Source: Eledone cirrhosa (lineage: Eukaryota). Taken from it: DNA of 64,000 bases. Location of the stretch: the NCBI GenBank assembly GCA_964016885.1, contig OZ024744.1, forward strand, positions 95,542,001-95,606,000, given 5' to 3'. Every line of letters starts with the position of its first letter. The stretch's first letter is position 1. A program made the translations under genes and the position numbers. The notes under the pieces are model-generated. The model was given only the letters and a program-made list of their open reading frames with translations, had not been told where the DNA came from and did no database searches. This document shows, piece by piece, positions 27,561-41,257 of the stretch.

Positions 27561-28469
27561 TAGCTACACACACACACCCACACACACACATATATATATG
27601 TATACATACATATACATGTGTGTGTATATATAATATAATATATGTCTTGGTGATACTGTTCAGCTCAATTCTGTTATTTAATCTTTCCATTACCATATAT
27701 CTAATGAAACATGCTGCCTATACTTTTTAAATAATTTTTTAAATAATCAAGAATTTGGAGGGATTTAGTAACATAATTAAGTTTCTCTTTAATAAGCTGG
27801 TGTCATGAAATTATGACAGATGGATTTTAGATAAATTTAAACAATTTAAAATAGATTTTTATTTATAATTGAATTAATATATCATGTAAATACAATTTAA
27901 TTGAAAAAGAAAAAAATTAGATTGAGAAGAAAGAATGGAATGTAAAATAAGGAAATATAAAAAAACCCAAAAGGAATGGAAAGGTAAGGGCTCTAGTGTC
28001 ACAGAAAAGTGGGGAGGGGGAGAGGGAGGGTGATTGGGCTTTGGGCCTAGGGCGCAGCGGTAATGGGGCCGTGCCCCTCAGACAAGATTGAATAGTTTTG
28101 TATTGTTGAATCAGGGGCAGATTTCAGTGGTTCTGTGTCAAAATGGTTAACTTGAGTAATATCCCTTCATGATGTCAGTCAAGAGATGAAGAAATGCAAA
28201 TGATGGTGCCTAGTGCTAATAAGCATAAGTATAAGCATAAATTGTTATCTATAATAAAGGGAGGAGTGCGGGACTGTGTCCTGAATATATTTTTTTATCC
28301 CGTTAGTAAAATAAGTTGAATTACTTTGAATAAATAGTGAATGAATATTACAATTTATCTACTAAATTTCGTAGCTGTTGATTAAACATAAATATTCTTA
28401 TTGCTTATTTTAAGATTCACTTCTTTTAAAATTTTCAAATGTCAATACTTCCAGTTATGACATAACATC

Positions 28470-28529
<60 letters not shown>

Positions 28530-28704
28530 GAATAAATCCACTATGTTCAGACCTAAAGAAGGGATCGGTACCACTAGGTTAAAAGAAAAAACAATGTTGT
28601 TTCTGATCGAGTCAAAGCGAGAATGGATTTGAATACATATAAAAATACATTCTTGCTTTGTCTCAATCAGAGACAACATTGTTTTTTCATTTAACCTTAT
28701 ATAC

Positions 28705-31700
28705 ATCATCATCATCATCATCATCAACATTTTATGTCCGCTTTTCCCTGCTTGCAAGGGTGGGACGGGTCTTATTCAGCACAGCATCTCTCCACTTGTC
28801 ACGGTCCTTTGTCATCTCCTCCGTGAGCTTCAGCGATCTGGGGTCTGTTCTCACCACCTCCGCCCATGTTTTTTGTGGTCTACCTCTACCACGTCTTCCT
28901 TCAACTGACATTTCCTGGCACTTCTTCACCCATCGGTCATCCTCCATGCGCATCACATGTCCATACCACCTCAGTCTCCTCTCTCGCACACTGCATTCTA
29001 TCCCTCTCAGACACAGTTTCTCTCTCAACACATTCATGCTGGGTCGTTCACGCACATTGACATTGCATATCCAATGGAGCATGCTTGCCTCATTTCTCTC
29101 CAGCCATCGCATATCCTCTGCAGTTGCTGCCCATGTCTCACTACCATGCAGCATCGCGCTCCTCACACAGGCATCATATAACCAGCCTTTCGTACACAGG
29201 GAGAAACCTTTCTTTGTCAGCAGAGGAAGCAGCTCCCTAAACTTCTTCCAACCCGTCCTTATTCTAGATACTATGGCCTCAGAACCCCCCCCTCATGCTA
29301 ATTTGATCTCCTAGGTACCGGAAGCTATCCACCACTTCTATAGCACCCGCCTGCATTTGAAAAATGTGTCTATCAATGCGACTTCTACTGTCTAATTTCC
29401 CTGTACATCTACTGCATTTCTCCCTACCTGTTAGTTTGCCTCTTTTCTACTCATCAACACTTTTGTCTTAGCTAGGTTCACTCTCAGTCCTCTTGATTCC
29501 AACTGCTGTTTCCATAGCCAGAATTTATTCTCTAGTTCCTCTACTGATTCTGCTATAGGAATCAGATCGTCAGCATAGAGAAGTTCCCATGGACAGCCAG
29601 TCTTAAACTCCTCTGTTATGGCTTGGAGGACTATAATGAACAAGAGCGGGCTGAGGACCGAACCTTGATGTACTCCTACTTGTATCTGGAATTTCTCACT
29701 AAACTCCATTTCTACCCTGACTTTACTGACAGTACCTCTGTACAAAGTTTGCACTGACCTCACAAGCCATTCCTCAACACCTAGTTTCCTTAGGGACCAC
29801 CAGATGACAGATCGGGGGTACCCTATCAAAGGCCTTCTCTAGGTCAACAAAGGCAAAGTATAGTGGCTTATTTTTCTCTAAGAACCTCTCTTGTAATTGT
29901 CTCACCAAGAAGAGGGAATCTGTTGTACTCTTCCCAGGCACAAAACCAAACTGCATCTCATCTAGTTTGACCCTGTCTCTAATTAGTTGTGCTAATATCC
30001 TTTCTGCCACTTTCATAACCTGATCCATCAGTTTTATACCCCTATAATTGCTCCTCTCCAGAGCATCCCCTTTACCTTTGTAGCAATTTATGAGAATAGT
30101 GCTGCACCAGTCTTTGGGTATGACACCACCATAAATAGCCTGATTGATGATGCATGCAACCAGTTTAGTGCCTACGTCCCCTGATGCCTTCAGCATCTCA
30201 GCAACTATCCTCGACGGTCCAGTGGCCTTACCATTTTTCATTTCCTTAATCGTCTCTTGGACCCTATATTCATCAATCTCAATAGCTGGTCCCTCTGTCG
30301 GATCTACTGAGGGTAATTTCTCTCTCTCCCATTCGTTCTCCACATTCATCAGTCTCTCATAATGACATTTCCAGGCCTCCTTTTTCTGATCATTCGTGAC
30401 ACTAAGTACACCGGCATCATTCCGGACACATTTATCTCCACCAACATCCTGATTTGCATTGACACACTGCCTTGCAAAGTGGAACACCGCACGCCTCTGA
30501 TCTTCCCGTCGCAGAACATTGGCAAACCTCCTACTCTCAGCCTCCCTGTGTGCTAAATACACCTGACGTCTAGCTTCTCTCTTAGCGGCTGCATATCATT
30601 TCCAAGCCTTCCATGCTAGTCTTTTGTCTCTAATGGCCTTATCTGCTGTGCTGTTCCACCATTAGGTCACTCTCTGTCTGGTTGGAGCTTTGTTCCAGCC
30701 ACAAGTTACGGAAGAAATTCCAGTTATTATCTATGTCATACGTCTCTAAATCGTCTTCTTTTTCATCATACACATCTTGAAGGGCTTTCTTAAATTTGTA
30801 TTTTAGTGAAAGTCTTTTAGTTTCCAGACCTTTCTCTCGACACCTTCCTGTATGTCTCATTCCATCTCTTGCTTACTGAGATATCACTAACGACTAACCT
30901 ATGCTGTGGGGTACATTCTTCCCCAGGGTATGCCTTGGTATTAGACACTATCTGCCTAACTAGTAAGAAGTCAATCTGGCTTATGTGTTCGCCAGATTTG
31001 TAGGTTATTAGGTGGTTGGCAGGTTTCTGGAAGTTAGTGTTGCAAATAGTCAGTGTACTTGCATCACAAAATTCAAGAAGTTTCACTCCTTCTTCATTTC
31101 TTGAGCCGTAACCGTGCCCACCAGTGTAACCATCCTGGAGCTGTCCAACATGACCATTGAAGTCCCTAGCATAACGAAGTCTCCGTCCTCTGTCATTGCA
31201 GTTCTTTGTAAAAGTTGCTCGTAAAAGCATTCTTTCTCTTTGCCTAGGCCTGCTTGGGGAGCATAGGCAGAGATGATTGTCAGTAGTCTCCTGCCTACAA
31301 CTAATCTAAGCTTAATTATTCGATTACTAACTCAAACTACCTCTATTATCTTATTGATCCATCTCTCAGTCAGAAAAATGCCTACTCCCTCTAACCCATC
31401 ATCCTTACCTACCCAGAAAAGCTTATAGCTAAGATGTTTGCCTACGACTAGTCTCGCAGAGGCACCTCTCCATCTCACCTCTTGCACGCAGCACACATCC
31501 CCATGCCTTCTCTCCAGCATCTCCGCTATTTCAGCAGATCTACCTCTGAGAGTGCCAACATTAAGTGAGATGCGACGTCTTCATATTTTGTTGTTCCTAT
31601 ATACTTGTTGCTGTGCTAATAATCGTTTTGGCATTGATACACTGGTTGGATGCCCTTCCTAACACCAGCGCCACTTTACAGCATGGACTGGGTGCTTTTA

Positions 31701-31720
31701 TTTGTGCCACCAGCACTAGA
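28705..31720 (-). mobile_element. Near full-length decayed RTE-clade LINE: 5' UTR, APE endonuclease, RT, (TGA)n tail
   Basis: Probable ATG at 31634; EN motifs NVGTL...VCCVQEVRW, DFNGHVG, SQIDF, PQHRLVV; RT motifs DLEKAFD, QGSVLSP, YADD; C-terminus RRLRWYGHV...GRGRPQKTW; several frameshifts and deletions. Confidence 0.92.
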
Positions 31721-31910
31721 GAAGATGTCTTACTAGATTCAAGGGCCCTCTCTACTCCCTCCATTTTACAGCATGTCATAAACCCCCCGCCACTTATTGA
31801 CACTCACGGCACACACACACTCACTCACACACCAACACTTATGCATACAAACTACAAACACACACGCCACTCACACACCAACACTCATGCATACAAACAC
31901 ACACACCACT

Positions 31911-31941
<31 letters not shown>

Positions 31942-32869
31942 TACCGTCAGTACTGATACAAAATCAAAATTATGTCAACTGTTGACTTTTCCAGCAATGT
32001 GCTGGGACAATCGCTGCCCCGTGCCAAGAACAGAATAGTTATTTAGTATTATTACAATTATTAAAGTTGTTTTTAAGGCCTGATTGCTGGTGATGGTGGT
32101 GGTGGTGGTGGATGGTGTCAGTGATGGTGGTGAAGGTGGTGGATGGTGCCAGTGATGGTGATAGTGGTGGATGGTGCCAGTGATGGTGGTGAAGGTGGTG
32201 GATGGTGCCAGTGATGGTAGTGTTGGTGGTGAATGGTGCCAGTGATGGTGGTGAAGGTGGTGGATGGTGCCAGTGATGGTGATGGTGATGGTGATGGTGG
32301 TGAATGGTGGTGTATGGTGACAGTGATGGTGAAGGTGGTGGTGGTGTTAGATGGTGTCATATTTAGAATACATATAAAAATGAGAAAGCTCATTGCTAAA
32401 ACAGCTAAATGTTGTCAAAGATAGCGATGGGCAAAAACGCATATCTGTGCTTTTTCGTTTATGATACACACATCATACCAGCAGAAAGATTTATTTTTAT
32501 GTTGCACAATCCAGCATTTTAAAATGGTACTCTCAATTTAAATCGAGCGAAACCATTTTGCTGGTTTGAGGTGCAGATGAGGGTGAAGATGTGTGTACAT
32601 CACCTTTCTTTATTTCCTTCTTCCAGTCACTTCTGTGCGCCAACACACTTCTCCTTGCCCTCCTCCTCTTTTAGTCATTTCTCTATTTTATCTGCCTGTT
32701 ACCCACCTCGTGGATTGTCTCTCCATTGACCATTGGCTGCTGGTCTGTCTTCTGAGGCATTATTGCCCATCACTGTCTTTGACAGCATTTAGCTGTTTTA
32801 ATGGCTGTTCTAGTGAATAGTTTTCTCATTTATATATATACATGCAAGCGTGGAAGATGGACGTTAAAC

Positions 32870-32905
<36 letters not shown>

Positions 32906-33184
32906 ATAATTGATTGTATCAGCAACTGTGTATGACGTAAAGAAATAAAAGCAGATTTTAAATGTTTTTGTTTTTGATGAAAAGTTTAAAGTTTTAGAAA
33001 ACACTGGAAGGTACCAGGAGTATGAAATTAGACAATGCATTTATAAAGGGTTTTAAGCTATGATATAACAAACTTTTAAACATTTCTAAGGTAATGCTTA
33101 TGGGTCAAGCCAAATATTTTCATAGAAAATTACACCTCTCGAAAGCGTTGACACAGAATCGAGTTCTCTGGCATTATGAAGTAA

Positions 33185-33368
33185 GGCGGTGGATTGGCAG
33201 TATCGGTAGAGGGTCGGACGCCATGCTTTCCAGCATAGTTACGTCCCTTTACGATCTGAGTTCAAATCCCGCCGAGGTTAACTTTGCCTTTCATCCTTAC
33301 GGGGTCGATAAAATAAAATACCAGTAATGCACTGGGTAATTGCTGGCCTTGTGCCTAAAGTAGAAACA
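33185..33368 (+). mobile_element. Family A SINE with a 12-bp TSD
   Basis: ATTATGAAGTAA is present at both 33173-33184 and 33369-33380. Confidence 0.9.
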
Positions 33369-33679
33369 ATTATGAAGTAATACGGAAGACTCGCCTGCCC
33401 ATGTGCACGGTCTGAAGCATACATCTTATATGCACCACTTTCCATACTCCCCTCCATGCCCTAACTCCCCACCCCTACTCATGTTCCTCATATTTTTGCA
33501 CCTCCCGTGTTCTAAAACTCCACACATTCCTGCACACCCTTCCTCCACACATACGCCCCCTAGATTAGGTTGTGGATGAATTTGGACTGTTAGTGGCATC
33601 AGAAACATTAAACCCAGAACGAATTGGCCCTGATTTGGCATCATATGCCAAGAAAAAATTTGTCCAAGAAATGAAGCTC

Positions 33680-34055
33680 CTTCTAAGGATAGGGATTTCA
33701 AGCACCCAAAATTAAGGGAGTTCCTTCTAGGATTAAGGATTCCAAGCTCACAAAATTGACGAAGTTCCTTGTGGGGTTTAGGGTTTCCAAGCTCCCAAAA
33801 TTGAGGGAGTTCCCCCTAGGGATTAAGGTTTCCAAGCTCTCAAAATGGAAGTTCCTTCTGGGGTTAGGGATTCCAAGAACCCAAAATTTAGGAAGTTATC
33901 TCTGGGGTTAAGGATTCCGAGCTCCCAAAATTGAGGAAGTCTTTCTTGGGTTAGGGATTCTAAGCCCTTGAAATAGAGGAAGTTTCTTCTGGGGATTAGA
34001 GGTTCCAAGCTCCCAAAATTGAGGGAGTTCCTTCTGATATTAAGGGTTCCAAAGA
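33680..34055. repeat. Diverged minisatellite, unit about 45 bp, about 8 copies
   Basis: Unit resembles TTCCAAGCTCCCAAAATTGAGGGAGTTCCTTCTGGGGTTAGGGA. Confidence 0.85.
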
Positions 34056-34555
34056 TAGGGTAACAGTTCTTAGTTGTTACAATACTGCAAGAACACACAA
34101 AACTGTGATATGGTTAAAGAGAATTCTTTAGTATTTTTACTGAGTTAATAAAGAGGGGTCTGTAATAGATAAACCTTTTTCTGGAATAGTTTGAAAATTA
34201 CTTTATACATGAAGCAAGAGAATTCAGTAAGTTTGTTGGCTTTGATCCAAAGTAGAAAACATTTTTTAATACAAGATAATAGTTTAGTAATCCTAAAAGC
34301 AATACTTGTAAAAGCAGTCTATGTTTTTGTCTATACCTCCTTACTATCTTCACCGCTGTGATTCACCTTTGTTATTCATCTCTGTGATTCAGCTCTGATC
34401 AGGAAATATTATATTCACCGAAATCTACACTCTCAGATAGAAATTTATGAACACTTTCCTTGTGCCATTGAATAATGGGGAAACTTCTTCCAGATTTTAT
34501 GAAGGAATTTAACTAAAAATAATCACTAGCCTCTACTTGTAATAAATGCAATAAA

Positions 34556-34611
34556 ACATCTTGAAACATTATGTTTGACAAACGAGGGTCAAACATAATG
34601 TTTCAAGATGT
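34556..34611. other. Perfect 24-bp inverted repeat with an 8-nt loop
   Basis: ACATCTTGAAACATTATGTTTGAC-AAACGAGG-GTCAAACATAATGTTTCAAGATGT. Confidence 0.95.
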
Positions 34612-35644
34612 GGAAAAGTCTGAAGCAGACTCTTCTCGGTGTTGAAGTTCTAGTGAAAATATAATGATCAATCAGAGCCACAAGGTGGATTGACCCTTAA
34701 TTTAAGTTATGGTGGTGGCACCACCACCACCACCACCACTACCACCACCACTACCACCACCAACACCAACACCACCACCACCACCACCACCACCACCACG
34801 ATCATCATCATCATCATCATTATCGTTTTTTATCATCATCATTATCGTTTTTTATCATCATCATCATCGTTTTTACATGATTACTTGGGTTGGACGGGTC
34901 TTTCTCAGCACGGCATCTCTCCACATGTGGTGTTCCTTCGTTATCTCTTCTGTGAATCTCAGCTATTTGAGGTCAGCTCTCACAACCATTGCCCAGGTTG
35001 TTCTTAATCTACTTCTATTGTACTTTCCTTCCACTGAGATTTCCTGCCAAATTTCCACCCAGCTATCATCATCCATGTACATTACATGTCCATACCAATG
35101 CAGATTCCTTTTAAACCCAGTTTCTTCCTCAGTTCATCCAAGCTCTGCCTTTCTCTCATACTTACAGATTAGATTTACTTCTATAAGCATGATTAGTAAG
35201 AAAACATTTAAACACACAAATAAATAAATATACTTTTGTTTCTTTGAAAAAAAAAAAAACATGATAAAATATTTCAACTTTTTTTCTTCAACTTTTTTAT
35301 TTCTTTTTTAACTATTAATTTAATCCTTTTGAGACCAACCTGCTTGGAAACTGCTCAAGGTGCTGGTATGAAACCTCTAATTTTAATGCCTTCAATGAAA
35401 TGGTTGAATATGCTAGGAGTCGAATGAACTCAAAGTGTCTTTCAATGACAAAAAAGATAACAAAGGAAGACCTAGAGGAATAGATGAACATTGATAATAA
35501 TGTATCTGTTGTTTAACAGCAAACTGTTCAAGTAATAATGGTGATGATTCAAGATGAGATGAGATAAATCTCTGCCCCTCACACACATCCCTAAATCTAC
35601 CTCTCCAATTCCTACACACCACCCCCTACCTACGTCACCAGCCC

Positions 35645-36140
35645 TCACTGTAAAATGGTCATGTAGGTGTCAGGACAAAAAGCACTCAGTCCATACTGTA
35701 AATTGGTCATGTTAGTGTCACAACAAAAAGCCTCCAGCCCACACTGTAAAGTGGTTGTGTAGGTGACATGATAAAATCATCCAACCCTCAGAGTAAAAGT
35801 GGTTGTGTAGGAGTCACAACAAAAAAAAACCCCCAGTTCACACTGTAAAGTGATCATGTAGGTGACACGACAAAAAGCACCCAGCCCACATTGTAAAGTG
35901 GTTGTGTGTGTGTGTGCCATGACAAAAAGCACCCAGCACTCACTGTAAATGTGTCCATGTAGGTCTCACAACAAAAAGGACCCAGTCCACACTGTAAATG
36001 ATGTGGTTGGCGTTAGAAAGGGCATCCGACTGTAGAAACCAAGCCAAAACCAGTTCTGTATGTGCAAGTCATGGTCATCTGACTTGGCTTGTATCACAAT
36101 GGGACAACTCATACTAGTGTGGAAAAATGGTCGTTAAACA
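35645..36140 (+). mobile_element. Headless bipartite RTE-derived element with about 7 tandem 48-bp modules
   Basis: Repeated AAAAAGCACCCAGCCCACACTGTAAAGTGGT, then GGTTGGCGTTAGAAAGGGCATCC, a type 2 tail and (GAT)n. Confidence 0.75.
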
Positions 36141-36174
36141 GTGATGATGGTGATGATGATGGTGGTGGTGGTGG

Positions 36175-36239
<65 letters not shown>

Positions 36240-36389
36240 GTGGTGGTGTTGGTGGTGATGATGATGATGTGATGGGGGTGATGGTGATGATGATGATGGG
36301 GGTGATGATGATGGGGGTGATGGTGATGATGCCGATGATGATGATGATGATGATGATGATGGCGTTGATGATGATGATGCCGATGATGT

Positions 36390-36421
<32 letters not shown>

Positions 36422-36524
36422 CTGATGGTGGTGATATGATGTTGATGATGATGATGAAACAAGGTCAGGAAGAAAGTGTAGAGGAAAACAAAGAAGTTGA
36501 AAAAAAGAATTTCTACAGATGGAT

Positions 36525-36780
36525 ACTTGGTGACAATATACACCATGGAGACATTGTTACCATGGTGACACTGTATACCATGGAGACATTGTTACCATGG
36601 TGACACTGTATACCATGGGGGACACTGTATACCATAGAGACTTTGTATACCATGGTAGACAGTGACACCATAGTAAACAGTATCACCATGGTGACACTGT
36701 CTAGCATGGTATACAAAATCTCCACGGTATACCCTAGAGATAGTATATACCGTGGTGCCACTGTCTAATGTGGTGCCATT
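36525..36780. repeat. Short degenerate tandem repeat rich in CCATGG palindromes
   Basis: ACCATGGAGACATTGTTACCATGGTGACACTGTAT (35 bp) occurs twice exactly, then decays. Confidence 0.8.
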
Positions 36781-36836
36781 GTATGAACTAAGAGAGAAAT
36801 TGGACATAAGAGGGATCAGATGAAGTGTGTTTGGGA

Positions 36837-39275
36837 GGAGACAGCAATGAACATGTGATGTATATGGAGGTTAACAGCTACATAAAATGTGAAGTAGTTG
36901 GAATCTATGGAAGAAGAAGACCCAGGAGACAGCAATGGCATGAACATGTGATGTATATGGAGGTTAACAGCTACATAAAATGTGAAGTAGTTGGAATCTA
37001 TGGAAGAAGAAGACCCAGGAGACAGCAATGGCATGAACATGTGATGTATATGGAGGTTAACAGCTACATAAAATGTGAAGTAGTTGGAATCTATGGAAGT
37101 GAAAGACCCAGGAGACAGCAATGGCATGAACATGTGATGTATATGGAGGTTAACAGCTATATAAAATGTGAAGTAGTTGGAATCTATGGAAGAAGAAGAC
37201 CCAGGAGACAGCAATGGCATGAACATGTGATGTATATGGAGGTTAACAGCTACATAAAATGTGAAGTAGTTGGAATCTATGGAAGTGAAAGACCCAGGAG
37301 ACAGCAATGGCATGAACATGTGATGTATATGGAGGTTAACAGCTATATAAAATGTGAAGTAGTTGGAATCTATGGAAGAAGAAGACCCAGGAGACAGCAA
37401 TGGCATGAACATGTGATGTATATGGAGGTTAACAGCTACATAAAATGTGAAGTAGTTGGAATCTATGGAAGAAGAAGACCCAGGAGACAGCAATGGCATG
37501 AACATGTGATGTATATGGAGGTTAACAGCTACATAAAATGTGAAGTAGTTGGAATCTATGGAAGAAGAAGACCCAGGAGACAGCAATGGCATGAACATGT
37601 GATGTATATGGAGGTTAACAGCTACATAAAATGTGAAGTAGTTGGAATCTATGGAAGAAGAAGACCCAGGAGACAGCAATGGCATGAACATGTGATGTAT
37701 ATGGAGGTTAACAGCTACATAAAATGTGAAGTAGTTGGAATCTATGGAAGAGGAAGACCCAGGAGACAGCAATGGCATGAACATGTGATGTATATGGAGG
37801 TTAACAGCTACATAAAATGTGAAGTAGTTGGAATCTATGGAAGAAGAAGACCCAGGAGACAGCAATGGCATGAACATGTGATGTATATGGAGGTTAACAG
37901 CTACATAAAATGTGAAGTAGTTGGAATCTATGGAAGAAGAAGACCCAGGAGACAGCAATGGCATGAACATGTGATGTATATGGAGGTTAACAGCTACATA
38001 AAATGTGAAGTAGTTAGAATCTATGGAAGAAGAAGACCCAGGAGACAGCAATGGCATGAACATGTGATGTATATGGAGGTTAACAGCTACATAAAATGTG
38101 AAGTAGTTAGAATCTATGGAAGAGGAAGACCCAGGAGACAGCAATGGCATGAACATGTGATGTATATGGAGGTTAACAGCTACATAAAATGTGAAGTAGT
38201 TGGAATCTATGGAAGAAGAAGACCCAGGAGACAGCAATGGCATGAACATGTGATGTATATGGAGGTTAACAGCTACATAAAATGTGAAGTAGTTAGAATC
38301 TATGGAAGAGGAAGACCCAGGAGACAGCAATGGCATGAACATGTGATGTATATGGAGGTTAACAGCTACATAAAATGTGAAGTAGTTGGAATCTATGGAA
38401 GAAGAAGACCCAGGAGACAGCAATGGCATGAACATGTGATGTATATGGAGGTTAACAGCTACATAAAATGTGAAGTAGTTGGAATCTATGGAAGTGAAAG
38501 ACCCAGGAGACAGCAATGGCATGAACATGTGATGTATATGGAGGTTAACAGCTACATAAAATGTGAAGTAGTTGGAATCTATGGAAGAAGAAGACCCAGG
38601 AGACAGCAATGGCATGAACATGTGATGTATATGGAGGTTAACAGCTACATAAAATGTGAAGTAGTTGGAATCTATGGAAGTGAAAGACCCAGGAGACAGC
38701 AATGGCATGAACATGTGATGTATATGGAGGTTAACAGCTACATAAAATGTGAAGTAGTTGGAATCTATGGAAGAAGAAGACCCAGGAGACAGCAATGGCA
38801 TGAACATGTGATGTATATGGAGGTTAACAGCTACATAAAATGTGAAGTAGTTAGAATCTATGGAAGAGGAAGACCCAGGAGACAGCAATGGCATGAACAT
38901 GTGATGTATATGGAGGTTAACAGCTATATAAAATGTGAAGTAGTTAGAATCTATAGAAGAGGAAAACTCAGGGAAACTTGGGATGATGCTATTGAAGCTA
39001 ACCTCCTGACGAAGGAGAGGTTAACAGCTAAATAAAATGTGAAGTAGTTGGAATCTATGGAAGAGGAAGACCCAGGAGACAGCAATGGCATGAACATGTG
39101 ATGTATATGGAGGTTAACAGCTACATAAAATGTGAAGTAGTTAGAATCTATAGAAGAGGAAAACTCAGGGAAACTTGGGATGATGCTATTGAAGCTAACC
39201 TCCTGACGAAGGAGAAGTTAACAGCTAAATAAAATGTGAAGTAGTTGGAATCTATGGAAGAGGAAGACCCAGGGA
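36837..39275 (+). repeat. Homogeneous 93-bp tandem array (about 23 copies, then two longer variant units) derived from an RTE 3' coding region
   Basis: Unit translates RRQQWHEHVMYMEVNSYIKCEVVGIYGRGRP, matching RTE RRLRWYGHVMRM...GRGRP. Flanks continue the RTE: ELREKLDIRGIR upstream, ETWDDAIEANL downstream. Confidence 0.95.
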
Positions 39276-39819
39276 AACTTGGGATGATCTTATTGAAGTT
39301 AACCTCCTGCCAAAAGAGATGATACAAGATCAACTTCATCGGCAACATTCCGTATTGCTGAAGAAAACCCACCTTTTTATGTGTACAGGATGAAATAAGC
39401 ATGGAGAGGGTGGTAGTGAAGAAGTGGGACAACACTTAGATCCCCACCTGCTAGTTTACATTAATCTCCTTTATACACTAACCACCATCTTAATTCGTGC
39501 ATGGCCCCCATAACACCTGAAGGAGTCATAGAGACGCTGCATTAACATACAGCGTTTCTAGGGCATTTTTTACAAAAACTGGCTGAACGCATCTCCCTTC
39601 CAGATCTGAATACAGTAGATTTCTTCCAGACGAGGATAGAGAGAATGAGAGAATGGAAGTGAGAAAGAGATATAGAGAATAGGCTCCAGTACTTGACTGG
39701 TACTGTTTTTATCGGCCTTGAATGGATGAAAGGCAAAGTTGACCTCGGTGGGATTTGAACTCAGAGAGTTCAGAGCTGAAATGAATACTGCCAATTCACC
39801 ACCTTCACCTATCTTAATA

Positions 39820-40031
39820 CAGGGTGGGCCAAAAGTCACTTCTTACCTATTTTTATTAATAAAACATTACAAATTAACACAAAACAAATTTTTTTTTATC
39901 TTTAAATTAAATTTCATAATTGGATCTTGTTTTTATTCAACTTTAATCTAAAATAAAATAAAATATAATATTTTATTAATAAAAAAAATTATGAAATTTT
40001 AAAAATAGGAAGTCGCTTTTGACCCACTCTG
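39820..40031. mobile_element. Tc1/mariner-like MITE
   Basis: TA|CAGGGTGGGCCAAAAGTCACT ... AGTCGCTTTTGACCCACTCTG|TA. Confidence 0.8.
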
Positions 40032-40249
40032 TATTAACAAACAAAGACAAGCGCACCCCACCCAAATTTAACACATGCCAACATGGAAAGCCAGGCATGC
40101 CCCACCATGCCCCAGAATAAGATGCTCAATTACAGTTGCAAACACCGGTTGTGGATGACAAACCAAAATAGAAGATATGAACTTGATGTGGTCTCCTGTC
40201 CAGCCACAACCTCGCTTGTATGGGAATAGAAACAAAAATAGACATTTAA

Positions 40250-40422
40250 AGTTGATGATGATGATGATGGTGGTCGTGTTTTTTTTTTGTTGTGTTCTTG
40301 TTCTTGTTGTTATTGTTATTGGTGGTGGTGGTGGTGCTGGTGTTGGTGGTGGTTGTTGTTGTGGTGGTGGTGATGATGGTGTTGGTAGCTCTGGTTGTTT
40401 GTTGTTGTTTGTTGTTTGTTGT

Positions 40423-40521
<99 letters not shown>

Positions 40522-40570
40522 GGTGGTGGTGGTGGTGGTGGTGGTGGTGGTGGTGGTGGTGGTGGTGATG
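40250..40570. repeat. Compound (GAT)/(GGT)/(GTT)n microsatellite; similar tracts at 32085-32350, 34715-34870, 36140-36460, 42210-42615
   Basis: Read directly from the sequence. Confidence 0.95.
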
Positions 40571-41198
40571 TCCACCTTTCCTAGCCATCTCCCGGCACAT
40601 CCCCAATACACCTCTCCTGTCCAACCCATACATACATACATCATCATCATCATCATCATCATTTTACGTCCGCTTTTCCCTGCCTGCAAGGGTTGGATGG
40701 GTCCTATTCAGCACAGCATCTCTCCACTTGTCACAGTCTTCCGTGAGCTTCAGCGATCTGAGGTCTGCTCTCACCACCTCCACCTATGTTTTTTGTGGTC
40801 TACCTCTACTGCATCTTCCTTCTACTGGGATTTCTTGGCACTTCTTTACCCACAATATATACTAACCAAGTGAAAAATTACTCTATCACTCTCTTCAAAG
40901 CCACCCCTGCCCCATGACATGTTGCCTGCTCTCCCCACTGTCATATGACCCCCTTCCTCCTTTAACCCTTTAGCATGTACATTACTATACTATTATATTT
41001 TCACAGTAAAGGCTTTATCCCACACAATATTGAATCTATGAGATTTTGATGTTATTTATTTTGAAAACAATACCTTAACATCAGTATGAATGATCGGTAA
41101 TGGCCGGTTTGAACTGCTGAAAGAAGTAAGAGAATTCTGGTTGGATATGGCTGGTTTAAATGCTAAAGGATTAACAAGCAATATGTAGCCTGACACTT

Positions 41199-41257
<59 letters not shown>

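Noticed and set aside
33690-34050. Interstitial telomere
   Set aside because: TTAGGG occurs only singly within 45-bp units, never in tandem.
36816-39035. 736-aa and 694-aa ORFs on opposite strands as real repeat proteins
   Set aside because: The unit is 93 bp (31 codons), so any stop-free frame propagates through the array; the plus frame is inherited from the RTE. No independent evidence of a gene.
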